Of a stretch of 64,000 nucleotides of DNA, positions 1-12,700 are shown piece by piece. The DNA comes from Macrostomum lignano (lineage: Eukaryota). The position numbers and the translations under genes were made by a program. Every line of letters starts with the position of its first letter. Positions within the stretch are counted from its first letter, which is position 1. The stretch covers positions 1 through 64,000 of the forward strand of contig NIVC01002063.1 of NCBI GenBank assembly GCA_002269645.1, given 5' to 3'. The notes beneath the pieces are model-generated. The model made no database searches. It was not told where the DNA came from and was given only the letters and a program-made list of their open reading frames with translations.

Positions 1-181
1 ATACCCGACGCTCAGAGATACCCAAATTTGGCAAGCAAATTTCCTGCAAGCAAAGTTCGGCAGGCAAATTTCCTGCAAGCAAAATACCTGCAAGCAAAGT
101 TCGGCAAGCAAACTTCCCGCAAGCAAACGTTGTACTCCTATTCTGACATGTGCATACATGTAGTTGTAAACCTTTTTTCAG

Positions 182-572
182 ACCAAGTACCTGAGTCCTC
201 AAAATGAGAAGCGACTTACTGGCTATGTCATCGCTTGGAACATGACAGCCTCCTGCGGCATAATCTACTTCTTTCTAGGCGGACGAAAGGCTTCATCATT
301 TTTCCCGAGCTGCTGCTACTGCGCTCGATGAGTTCGCACAGTGAGTTTTGCTTTTATAATTGTTGTACTGTCCGTGCTTTGGTACTAACTACTACATTAC
401 TATAGAAAATAATTTATTCTCAACTTCAGCTCCATTGTGCACCTCTTAACTTTTCAATTCGGCACTTATTGCGCTGTACAAATGGCGCTACTTCGAGGCC
501 AAGCTAAAGCCGGCTCTGTGCAACAAGGCCAAGAAGGCCATGAGACCCACGAAAAGCTCAGACATATTTTAG
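182..572 (+). CDS. Last two exons (182-340, 430-572) of an HHAT-like MBOAT acyltransferase paralog; carries single-base frameshifts; 5' part lies outside the window
   Basis: Exon 182-340 (TKYLSPQNEKRLTGYVIAWNMTASCGIIYFF...) aligns codon by codon with exon 12601-12760 of the downstream paralog, with the same cag|...a|gtgag splice sites, but is 159 vs 160 nt. Exon 430-572 aligns with 13390-13502 with three further 1-nt gaps. Confidence 0.8.
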
Positions 573-984
573 ATACAAACTAGGCACTGCAGGTAATGGA
601 ATTTTTAGTAGTCTTTTTTGCTTACTCTTGCCTACTTAAGAAGATGCATGCATGCTAAATCAGCTACCCTACTCTTTGCATCCGCATAGTCTTGAAGTTT
701 ATAAAAAATTGTATAAACAAGAATACTTCTGTCATACAGTTCGCTTACACATGAACCAATTTATCAAATCAATAACAGTAACTTATTACTTTTTGTTAAA
801 ATAGTCAGAATATCCTTAAAGAAACCCGTGCGAATATTTTGATCTGAATGGCAAATGTGTTTGCTTGTTTGTTATTTATTAATTTTTTAGTTTTTGTAAA
901 ATATCTGCAGGGATTCACCGTACATATCCGCCTGTAGCAGTTTCCAGTTTGTATTTTGCACTATTTAAACATTCGGTGTGAACT

Positions 985-3357
985 TTATAAACATTTAGAG
1001 ATGTCCTCTATGTGCACATCAGGTTTAAGCCATCCGTCTTGTGGTTTTTCTAAATCAGCAAAAGAAATTTCCACTGTTTCCACAAAGTAGCGTCGTTCTG
1101 TTTTGTAAAAATGGTCAACAAATCGGCGCCAATGCTTGAGAATGCCGCCCCACATTTGCCAGGTAACGGTTACGTGGTTGAACCGGGTCAATTGGTGCAC
1201 CAAATCGAAGTTGGCCGCGATGCTGTTGAACTCGTTGGACACGTAGGCGATGAGGAAGTTCTGTATGTTGATGGTGACTATCAGAACGAACATCGTGTGC
1301 AGCATGGCTGTCGAAGGTCGAGCCTGGGACAAGTTGGCCGTGTTGACGAAAATCCTCAGTGGCGAGTAGAACACGGAGAAGTGCGACTCAAACTCGCCTT
1401 GTCGAAGTCGACCATGAAGAAGAGCGTGCCGAACACAAAGTAGGCCCAGATGAAGAACAGGGGCACGGCCGCGATGAACCGGCTGAACATCTTTCGAAAG
1501 CAGATTCCCAGGAAAGCGAATCGCTTGAACTTCAACTCGAACCCGCCGGTGAAGCAGAGCATGGCAAAGAACATGTACATCACAGCTGAGCTTTCTGTCA
1601 TTATGGTTAACCAAGTGTTTGGGAATTTCTTCGCTCTGCCAAGTACAACATCCGTGCAGTCGAGCGATCTCATCAGCAACATTGAGCCAATCAGATGCTG
1701 CAAGCCACAGATAAGCATCGACACCATTGAGACAGTGATGAAATCGTTCCTGACGAAGTACTCCCCCCGGACTTTAAGACGACTATCAATGCGGTACAGA
1801 GGACAACTTTGCGCTTGTATTGCTGCAACCAGTCCAAACAGCAACATCGCCAACTGTGCGACTAGCAGAGCAACCATGGTATAGTGGTTGACAGAGATAT
1901 TCGCCATCACGTTTGCTCTGCTGACAGGGTAGAAATAAATTGGCGAAATCTTCAGATATTCATCTCCTCGAGATCCGTTACTGAGGTACCTGATGAGATT
2001 AGTCGGAAAGCAGGCACTTCGCACTGCGTCTTCAATGTTGCTGATGTTTGAAACTGTTTCGTTTCGATACGTAATGAATTCTTCTTTAATCTTGCCTGCA
2101 AATTCGTTGAAGCCCTTCTCAAGTTCGTAGGCATGCTGCGCCATAGTGACAATCATGATAAAGTTCAACGACAGCGGAGTAAGTTGGAAAAACAGTGCCC
2201 CGTAGTAAACCTGCGCCAGCAGGTAAGTCCACATCAAGTCGTTGTACATCAAATTAATCCACTTGTCAACAAGGCCAGTCTGCATCAGATTTGATCTTCT
2301 CAGCACCGGAACCTGCTGCATTCGGATTTCGTTCAGCATTAGAATCGGAGTCTTGCGGCTTCTGACGCCGGACGTCACGTCGTATTCCGATAGGTTGTAC
2401 TTTTTATACACTCGAGTGCCTGTCAAATGTTCTTCAATCTTGATGTAGTTGTCAACTTCAGCAATTTTTTGGAATGTGCTGTACGCCCCGATTTGCATAG
2501 CGAACTCAATCGGTCTCGGCCGGCTTTGTTCTCCATCAGGCAGAGCGCGTGAAGAAACGATTTGGGCTGCCTGTAGATTTCGATAAAAACGGGAATCGTC
2601 TGATTGTTGATGCAAATAATAAAAGGAATTTGAAAACTCGTTGCAATCTACTTAAGTAGATATATCGATAAAAAACTATCTAGAAAAACAGCCGTGAAGA
2701 TTGAAATCGATATCAATCGGACTGCTCGTAATGAAATCTAGGTGCTCCAAGGCAGGCGGCTCACTCTGTCCCGACTGGCAAGCCGCAGTATCCGGCCGCT
2801 GTCTCCTTGTCGCAGCTGCAGTTGGGCTCACCGACCTCGGCCAGGATTTTGAACGCGCCCGACTCGAACTCGTCCAGCAGCTGCAGCTCCGCCTCGGACG
2901 GCTCGCCGCCTCGCCGACCCTCTCGCAGGACTCGAGCCTTGGCCAGCGAGTGCAGCAGGTTGCTGCCGTCTGCATCGTCCAGAACGGCGAGCGACTTCCA
3001 GCAGCAACAGCTGGTCAGAGTCTTTCTGACCAGAAACTCCAGAGTTCGCCCAGCCGAGTAGTGAACTGCCAGGTGGTGCATCCGGCCGGATTCCGTCTCT
3101 GCATCGCTGCTGCTGGGCATGTTGAATGTCAAGCGGTGATGGAGCAACCGATCTGGTGGAATTTGAGCCAACTCGAGCTCTGCTGCCAGCTTGTCAGGCC
3201 GGTCTCTGCGGATGAGAGCAGCCAGACTGAGAGACAGTCGGTTGTCCAGCACACCGCTATCATCGACAGAATCCTGCTCTGGAAGCCTTGAGCCGGACTC
3301 CGAATCTTCCTGTGTGGCGGCAGCTACACGAATCAGTTTCGGTGCTGCCATCGTCAT
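985..3357 (-). CDS. Ankyrin-repeat TRP (TRPV-like) cation channel, apparently intronless, broken by several frameshifts
   Basis: ORF 2761-3357 has ankyrin-like segments (HHLAVHYSAGRTLEFL; DGSNLLHSLAK). A frame join at about 2518 gives LMENKAG-RPIEFAMQIGAYSTFQKI, like the last TRPV ankyrin. ORF 1356-2615 has multiple TM helices ending RFAFLGICFRKMFSRF (S4-S5). A 1-nt shift at about 1397 joins MVDFDK to GEFESHFSVFYSPLRIF (pore) and LIVTINIQNFLIAYVSNEF (S6-like, cf. LLNMLIAMM). The 2600-2800 junction was not fully resolved. Confidence 0.6.
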
Positions 3358-4111
3358 GTCCCGATTTTAAGTGGCTTTGCTTCATCCATAGCTGACTTGC
3401 TTAAATAGTCCCTTCCAGCCTTCCCTTGCCTATCACCAACCTTGATTAATCTTCAGAAAGCTTTTAAGTTAATGAGTTAGTTTGTAGACTAAGGCCATTT
3501 TTGGTAGTGCAATTTCGGCTAATCAATCAGTGAGTCCATTGTTGTGCTATTCAGCTATGCATTAATATTTGCTGCCGTCAAATCAGTCAGTTGAGTTAGA
3601 GTCCAATCTTCATAATTGTTTGCTTGACGTAATTGAATTGTTTTTTCTCTCAGATCAACTGCATAGAAATCAATCTAAATGATTGTTTTCTCTGCTGGAA
3701 AAACATGGGAAGTCGATCGATGGGAAAACGGTGTTTTGTGTTTACTTACGCTGCTGCGTCGCCGTCGGGGTTGACTTCGACTTCGTAAAGACTCCAAAGC
3801 AGCCAGAAGAGTTGATTCTACCTGATCCAGTTCGCGCAGCTCGAGTGGTTCTTTATGTAGATGATTTAATGATTCTTGCTAAGCGTCCTCTGCGGCATTC
3901 GGCAAACCCAGAAATGTTGTCATTTTTACCTGTCTCTCGTCGGGAGATAAAGGGTTACTCGTATATAGCTTATTATTGACGAGACCAGAAAGGGCCTGTC
4001 AACTTAAGCTTATAAAGTGGAGCCTGAGTAAGCTATGTACACAAATGATACGTAATTCTGCTCACAGTGACACCAGGAAGCTGGATTTGGCAAAAAAGTG
4101 ACAAAAATTGG

Positions 4112-4223
4112 ACCTGGGATAGAAGAGAACAAGTATGGGGATAATTAGGGACGATTATGTAAACTTCAGCTCGTAAGTCGGAGTCCCTAATTATCCCTTT
4201 GCTTGTTCTCTTCTATCCCAGGT
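4112..4223. repeat. Foldback: about 41-bp inverted repeat with 30-nt loop
   Basis: cctgggatagaagagaacaag-tatg-gggataattagggac (4113-4152) vs the reverse complement of 4183-4222: 37/40 identical, and two of the three mismatches would be G-U pairs. Confidence 0.8.
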
Positions 4224-5499
4224 GGATAAACTTGTGACTTGCGCCTAGGACGAAACGATCCTTGCTTTATTTGGTGAGACACTGAGCTAGGATTCAGTGT
4301 TTAAAAACTTAAAACTTGCCATCTCGCCCATCCAGGACGCCCATCCAGTTTGCACGATCTGCGGGTGTAGCATTCTGCATCGAAGCAATGGATGCCTATA
4401 AAAACCTAATTTGTCCTTGAGCAAAGTTATACTACGGAACAACTCTGATTCGAACCACTCCGGAGTCCCTGATTTTCCACTGAGTAATCACAAACCGATT
4501 TGTAACGGTTTGAAAAAAAATCTTGCCACTTTAAAAATATGCAAACCAACCGGCGTACAAGCTAGAAAGACGAAAAAAGAGACAAATTAAGACCTCTGAA
4601 TCTCAATGGGAACATGCAGAATTTCCATAGCAAATTAATTAACTGCTACATGTATTTCAATTCCTATAAAATTCCAACTCGTCGCAGCCACGCAGAAGTA
4701 GCAACTGAAATTCGTCGTGTTTCAACGTTCGCACTTGATTCGTGAAGTAATTAATCTTAGAACTCCTGGAAAATCCATTAACCGATCAAGGTAAGCTGCT
4801 TGCCATTCAGAAGCTTTATTGAATGGGACTTCACACTGCATGACTGACTTTTCCCGTTTTGAAATCTTCAGACAGATATAGACGATATGCGAATTACTAA
4901 GAAAACTAAACAAAATATATTCCTCAATTTTGATTTGCTTGATAATTTTCCTTTGTTTGAATAAATACCCCCACGAGGACTGGCCTAAGTATGCTAGTTC
5001 AGTAGCTTAAACGCTCATCGAACGTTTTTTGTTTTCAAAAATTTCTAAAGTGCTGATTATCAATTGATAGTATGTGTTTAGGACTGTATAGTGTGCTTGC
5101 GGGTGGAGAAAATAATGGTCTGATCGTGGATCGCATATTTGAGATATTATATAGAATCACTGCCAACGTGCAGCTATAATCTACGCATTAGTTGGGAGTG
5201 GCCATGAGTACTAGTGCACGTTGGTCGGGAGGGCTATAGCTAGTCAGAGAGAAGCGTGAAGACGTAGAGGGGGCGGCACGTCTCTCCAATAAAAAAATAC
5301 AAGCCTATGACTCGATAATTTCGCAGATAAGCGGAACGAGCTTTCGGAACAGTTACATGTATGCCAATCAGCGGTTAAGTTAAATTTACGTATGCATGTA
5401 CATGTGATTTATTCGGGGTGCGGCCGTGTTGCTATGGCCTTGTGGTTTGCTGACGTGTTGACATCCAGCCCGTAGACCTCCCAGAGGCCGTCGCAAAAC

Positions 5500-6100
5500 T
5501 TCGATCACCTCCTGGCGGAGCGCCGATTAGAAGTAGCAGCGTGCGCCGTCTGGCCACCAACTGAACATCCGCCTCCCCTGCTATCTCTGCCGTTTGCTGT
5601 TGGCTGGCTGAGAGCGTCTTTCGCGCGCCACCGCCTCCGGTCTCCTGGTGCTGGCGTCTCCTTTACAGAACCGCCTGCGGCTGCCGCGCCATGCCGGGCC
5701 ACCAGAATTCCTCTGCAGCCGGTCAATGGCCTTCCTCCTGCCAAATGGGGCCAACTGATGGTCTGCTGCTGAAACCCTGCGGGTACAACGATCTTGCTGT
5801 CCCTGAGCAGCATGCCGGCACGCACCCTGAGCTCTCCGTTGAGCGAGTGGAAGCTGCCGACCGAGGCTTCCGGTGCGGACTTCCTGGTGTTGAGCTGCTG
5901 CAGCAATACTCTGTCCTGGGCCGGTTGCTCGTCCTTTGGAGCGTCGATTGGCCTTGTAGCCTCTCTGGCAGGTGCCCAGGCCTGCGTCCCAAGACTCAGC
6001 AGCTGCAGGGATGTCAAGGTTGCACGGCCGAGCACACTGGTGCCGCTCCGTGAGAAGATGATGAAGCTGACGAGCTGGACATAAAAAAATCCTCTTTGTC
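5500..6100 (-). mobile_element. Degenerate Ty3/Gypsy pol fragment (RNaseH-integrase junction, integrase zinc-binding region)
   Basis: Switching frames gives GELRVRAGMLLRDSKIVVPAGFQQQ...HLG RRKAIDRLQRN-FWWPGMARQ...RRFCKG, matching the Gypsy ELxxxxGxLLRxxRIVVP...H.G...WWPG...C..C pattern. Multiple frameshifts. Confidence 0.7.
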
Positions 6101-6798
6101 ATTGGCTGCAGGCCTGGGGGTCACGGTAGCTTTCGCCAGGCTGCCTCAGTGAGGATGTTACAGTAGGCTCCGCTATCCACCAGCACCTTGGTAAGAGCCG
6201 CTGCAACGTTCGTGTCGTAGGCCATCGCGGAGTACTACAATGAGTAAATCTGCATGTGTATTGTGTGTAGAAATTCTGAGGAGCAGCTTTAGTTGTGCCA
6301 CATACAAAACTGAGGCAGAATTTGTCTTGTCCTTCATAGCGTGGAAACTTCTCATGTTGCCAAGTTTATTTTAATGTGGATTTATCAACAAGTAAACTAT
6401 GAGCATACGAGTATTGTACTTATAATTTATGTAATTGTACAAGAATACGTAGACAAAATCAAAATGCAGATTGCAAAGCTTGAATTGAGCTTTTGGTTTC
6501 TGATGATAAGCATCTCAATGGTTGGATTTACTGTTCAGTACGAGCGAACAGAATTATTTAGCAGGAAATGATGTAATAATCTTCACGATCCAGCGCTCGG
6601 TTGGACTGTTCTGAATTCTGTCTGATGTCTATGGCTTTTTCTCTTTCAAATTCAGCTACAATTTTATGTCTATGGCTGGAACTAATCTTTATAAGCAGCT
6701 TCGATTTTTCTAAACCCATCACTGTATAACGTCTCTCTCTAACTGTCTGACTTTCAATCTGTGCTTTATTTAGCTAAACCACCAAAAAGGACGGCAGC

Positions 6799-9700
6799 AT
6801 GCAAGACCGAGAAAGCATAGAAGCTGAAGTTACTGAACAATCTGAATCAAAGTGCCCAATGTACGACTCGACCACAAAGACCAAACAGCAGCAGAATCCA
6901 ATTCATGGATTCGTCTCTGATGATCCTCAGTTACCGAAACGGGAGATTGCTTTCTACCTGGTCGCGCTGGTGTCAATCATCGCCTACGCTGGCCACGGGT
7001 TTTATCTCACGTACGGAATCAACCTGCATGAAAGTGAGTTAGTTGTTTCCTTCTATGTTTGGATCGACTAATAATACACATTTTAACAGTGTTTTTGGGC
7101 AGAACCACAGATACTTCTAGAATAACTAGATGGTCCACTCAGAAAATTTGCGTGTAAACTACTTTCAGTTCAGTAGCAAGTTAAACTGAAGCATTTTAAT
7201 GTATTTTTAAAGCCAAAGCTTCTTTATTGGCTCTTACCCTCCAGCCTTAAACCCTCCAACCGCGCCTTTCCACACTGCCCCCACCCCGCGCACCCCAATT
7301 TTATTGCCTTCCTCGGAATTCCAACTAGCTCGTTCTTGCTTCTTCAGGAATCGATCACGTACGCGCTCAATTAACAATCGATTTAGGCACATATTGATTC
7401 CCAATCCGGTCCATAATTTGCAGATCTTCGCTGGTTAGCTCAGGCAGCACTTTAGTGTAGCTCATTTAATGATGATGATGTAACCACGCTCTGGTCGCGG
7501 GATAGGGCATGGGAACTTTTTTCGAAAGTGCCTCCTATCCCGTGCACCCCCTGCGCAGAGCTGTCGAGACTCGGCCAGGTCTCCGACCAGGCCTGGAGAC
7601 TCCCGCTCTGCTGCACCCCTCCTGCTGCCTTGGTTCCGTCTCCCCTGCCGCCACACCTGCCTTTCCGGAGCTCCCCACCCCTCTCTGTATCTCCCCCTCT
7701 ACCCTATCTCTTCTGTTTTTCGCCCTATTCTTCCTGTACTTTCCCTATCCCCCCTCTTTTCGTCTCCCTCTGCACTCTTTTCCTGCGCTGTCCCCCCTTT
7801 CCCTGTGTCTACTTACAGTATTTTGTGTGCCCACCGTCTCCCCATCCCCTCTCAAACTCCCAAACGGTGACGCAAGTCGTGTGACCCCTTCTCCCCCTCG
7901 GTGACTCATCGATGACTCATCCCCCTCTCTTGCGCAACCTTTTCTCACGCTATTGTTCTCCTTCCCAAATTTCTCATGCGACACCCACCCCACCCCCGCT
8001 TCTATTGTTCTCGTTTTTGATTCTTTTTTTCTCTCGACCCCCACCAATTATCACATTTTCTCCGATTTTCTCCTTCTTTTGTTCTCGTTTTCGCACCTAA
8101 TTATCACCTTTTCCCCAATGTTTACTTTTCCATTGTTCTCAGTTCTCCCCAATTATCCCCGATTTCCAATTCCTTTGTTCTCGACCCCAGCCCTATTGTT
8201 CTCAATGTTTGCTTGCGCAACACTTTCGCGACCACCCGCTGCGCCAATTATCCCCCCACCCCACCTCCGGATTGCGCAATTTCCCGATTTCTCATGTTGC
8301 TATGCCGGTCTCATGCTTCTCATCATGACTCATTCTGACGTCATTCTGCCGGCAGCCAATCAGAGAGAGGGAGCCATGGTAACGACCTTGAGGAGGCGGC
8401 TGTGAGGTCTATAAAAGGAAGCGATTTCGGCATGAGAATCCTCACCCTTTCGGCTCCTCGTCCTTCTTTGGACTTGCTGTCAGACTGAGTTCTGACCCAT
8501 TCGTCTATAAGACGAATCCCTGCCGGTCCGCGGTCTGTTACCGCCAAGTTATTGGCTCCCCAAGTGAGCTCGCCTATCGGCCAGCGGTCTGAAACCGCCC
8601 AGCATCATCAGCATCGCCTGATCTACATCCGCGCCTCGTCGCTTCAGCGCATCGCCCCTTCACCGTCTGCCTGACTGCAGCCTACAGCCGCCCTCGGTAA
8701 CTCCGCCTCTCTCTCTCTCTCTGTGCAGCTGCCGGTAAGTTCCTATTACTAATTTGTGCTCTAATCGCCTTGCTTATCCGGGGTTTGCCTATTTTTCCAT
8801 TGTCTGATTAGAGAGCTGAGCCAATTGTGATACCGTAACCTTTTGCTGTATTTTACTCAATAGTGAAGCCGCCTAATTGCCTGATTATTCGCCTAAGGGC
8901 CTAATTATTAACTATTAACTAACTCCATCATTATTCACTCTTCAACCATCATTTCACTCATGGCTTGCTAAGCCTTTCTCCCGGGGTGGCAAAGCATAAG
9001 GAAGTTTGGGTAAGCTAATGGCCTCTCCCCGTGCACAGCCCGCCTGTGAGTGCGTGCTGCGGGGCCGCGTGTGCGTGCAGTAGGGGGATTAGCGAGTCTT
9101 GGCACAGAATGGCAGTAGGAAGGTTGCAACCCCATGCTGACGCGTCCCTTCGCCCTGAGCAATCTAAACTATAGACAGTACATGTTCGCCTCATACTACT
9201 CTTAGTAATCAAAGTCGCAAGTTAGCCTCGCTCACAGCCACAAAGGATCCCCTGCTGAGAAATCCTCCAGGTTGAGCCCAGAGTTCCCGATCATGCCCCA
9301 AGCAGAGTCCCTGTACTCGGCTGCATGTGTCTCCCCTGTTAGCCTAAATCTCCTGGTAACCATCCCAGGCGGGGCTCTAGCCTCGAGAGGTCTGGTAGAA
9401 AGATCCAGGTGTGCCAGGTCACATAGAGTGGTGGCAGCCACTCGGTCATACTATGACCGAGTGACCAACTATTGCACCTTGGCTACAGGTGGGGTCCATG
9501 TGGGTCCTTGGCCCTCTGGTCACGAAGCGCTACCAAAGCTATCAATCATGTGGGCGGGACAGTCTGGTGCTGGAGGTCCGTCAGGCCATTGCCCGGTCAT
9601 AGGCAGCCTACGGTCATTGCCCCCTCTAGTCATGCGTTCGTCTCTCTACGGAGCGGACCGGCGACAAGGGCGGTTACATCAATGACTCATTTTTCTATTG

Positions 9701-12700
9701 GTATTTCAAATGAAAGCTCAAAATCCACTAGAAAATTAATTATGACAGTTAGGCTAGTCGCCTTTACTGTCCTTTCCAATTACCATAGACAGAAGAATTG
9801 ACTAGAAATCCGGAAACAATCATATTTGATACAAAAGGGTACAATAACGACATTAGATTCTTTCGCGGCAGCGCTTGCGTAAGCTAAAAATCCGTAAATA
9901 TCGTTACATTGCATAAGGGTTAGTAGCAACGTCTGACTAAAAAAATTCACTTCTCCTAAAAACACTAGCTGTTAAAAGGTATGTTAAAAACAACAGATAC
10001 ATTAACAACATCAACATTATCGATAAAATAGGCAACAGAAACATCAATAAAAATATTATCAACAACCACGACAACAACAAATAGCAAATTATCAAAACAA
10101 CATATAAAACAGCGAAAAAAACATTAGTAACAACAGTAAGTCAATATCGACCAATACCAAGAAGGAGCAACAACGAAAAGGACCAGACATAAAGATGCTT
10201 TTTAAAAGGCAAATTTAAATAAATTTGAACTTGAACTCGAAAAGTATCCACAGTAAAAACTCGAATCCATTTGAAAAAGCTGTTAGCAATTCATTTAATT
10301 GAAATTCTGTTAACATTTTAACAAAACTATTTACTCGGTGACGCAACCCGGCCAATGTTCTAAAGGAATTTGCCGAGACTGATAAGCTAAGCATTGTTCC
10401 TTCACTACCAATTAAAGTACAATCAAAGCCTTAGCTTTGGTCTAAATTAAATTGATTCAATCACAAGCTGACGAGTGCTTCTGATCCTGATAGCCAACTG
10501 AGGGAGCGCGCCAAACTTTACACAGTTCTCAAAGTGTATGGGAAATTTCAAGTTTTTTTTCAATAGGCTTACGGTAATCCGGCTTAACGAGGCCATAAAT
10601 ATTGATGGGAGAGGGCTTTAGCACCAAGGGGCTTTAGCACCAAGGGGCTTTAGCACCAAAGGGGCTTTAGCACCAAGGGGCGCCAGCACCAAGGGGCGCC
10701 AGCATCAAGGGGCGCCAGCACCAAGGGGCGCCAGCACCAAGGGGCGCCAGCACCAAGGGGCGCCAGCACCAAGGGGCGCCAGCACCAAAGGAAAATATTC
10801 TAGACAAAGTTACTTGTACATATTTCTATCAACTATTTGCTTCAGATCTACCGGCTGAGCTTTTGAAACCCGGCTGGATGCGCGATTTCAAGGTAAGCTT
10901 AAATTGAATTAATCAGCTTTGAGTTTCGCGTTTATAAAAGTTTTACCAATTTATTGTAAAAAAGCAAATCTATAAATCTGTCCCCAACGCAGGATGGAAG
11001 CGCTGATGCTCTGCTTGAAAAGTCGACAGAAAATTGGAAGAATTTGTTGGTTGCATTAGCTGGATTTCTGCTTGTCAGCAAAGCTTCTTTGGCAACTGCG
11101 CCTATCGAGGTGAGCATATTGTACTTTTGTTATTGACGGAACACTTTTTTTCTTAGAAAGTTTCAAAGGTCATCCCATACAACCAATAAAATTTAGTCAA
11201 TCCATGCATTTTCACCTTCAAATATTTTCTAAGAATAAATCGGCTTAACATTATTTTATTTAATGCGTACCTGACTTGAGTGTGCAAACGTGAACTCGAG
11301 ATAACTACATGAAATGAATTCAAGTCAATTTTCAAACCTTGCAGTTGCACTACCTAGTTTGCTCCGCCTACGCTCTGATGCTCGTTTTTCTAGCTGTGTC
11401 ATTCGAAGCCGTTCTGTGGCTGATAGTTGCCTATTTTGTAACTCTCTGCCTGGCCTACTGGTCTTTCCTAGCCGTGTGGATCTTTGTTGGCTCGCTGCTT
11501 TACGTCATGAACAGCCACGGTGCGGCGACACTATTTCTAGACTACCTCAACATTGACGGTGACAGCGGGCCAACCTTTGCGGCCTTGTATGGCTACGCGC
11601 TCTGCCGATTTATCTCGCTTGGCCACGCTATGCAGCAAGAGCTGAGTGGTGAACTAAAAACTGCAGGATTCTGGCGGTACCTTCGCTCGAATTTGTTTCT
11701 AACTCTGCACTATTCGTTCTACATGCCCTACCTTTGGTGCGGACCAATTTTAACGTACGACGATTTTTGTAAACAGTTGAAAGTTCGAGCTCGCAACATC
11801 GCTGTTGATGGTCGGACGGCTAGTTTGGTCGCTTGGCGCGCCTGTCGGCTGGTGTTTTGGTACTGCATTCTGGAGATTATCTATCACAATCTTCCAGTTG
11901 GAACCTATTTGGATCTTCTAAGTCCCGATGATGCTATCGTGTACAAGCACCTGGCTTTTGCAATGTTTTTTCACGGTCAGATCTTCATGCTGCTGTACGT
12001 GCAGTACTACGGATGGCCGGCCGCTCTCGCCCTTCTGGACGGCATTCAGCTGTTCCATTGGCCAGACTGCATCAGCTGGGTGTACAGCTACAGCATCATG
12101 TGGCGCGTGTTCGACCGAGGTCTGTTCGCCATGATGCGGTCGCACCTGTACATACCGCTCGGTGGTAGCCGCCATGGCCCCGTCCGTCAAATGTTGGCCA
12201 TCATGGCTACGTTTGCTTTCATCAGCTTGTTCCACGGCGACTCAACCAACGTGCGCGCCTGGGCAGCGTTGAATTTTTGTCAACTGCTAATTGAACGTTG
12301 TGCCGCTTTTGTCTACTATAGTCACGCGAGAAGCATTGTGGTAAGTTCATTGCTCAGCTTTTTCAGAGCCAGAATCTAGTTCAAAGTCAGGGCCTTTTAG
12401 TACAACCCTGCGTGACGGTTTGCCTGCGTGCGTATCCGCGTGAGCCTGCTTCAATTCAGTCAGAGGCACAGACATGACTGCTTGTCTCTCTCGCTTGTAG
12501 TTGACATGGGTTGAGTGAACATGTACCATGCATACTCAATATTTTATCACAGAAGCCTGCACTGTTATTAAATATTGTTTAACCCGTTTTCATCTTTCAG
12601 AAAAGGTACTTGAGCCCGCAAAACGAGAAGCGTTTAATTGGCTACATAATCGCTTGGAATATGATGGCCTCCTGCGGCATCATCTTCTTCTTTCTATCCG

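Noticed and set aside
2676-3291. Plus-strand ORFs overlapping the TRP N-terminus (also 1111-1884)
   Set aside because: Antisense shadows of GC-rich coding sequence.
3683-3979. ORF with LYVDDLMIL, resembling a reverse-transcriptase YxDD motif
   Set aside because: No other RT motifs in any frame nearby and only 98 aa; cannot be supported.
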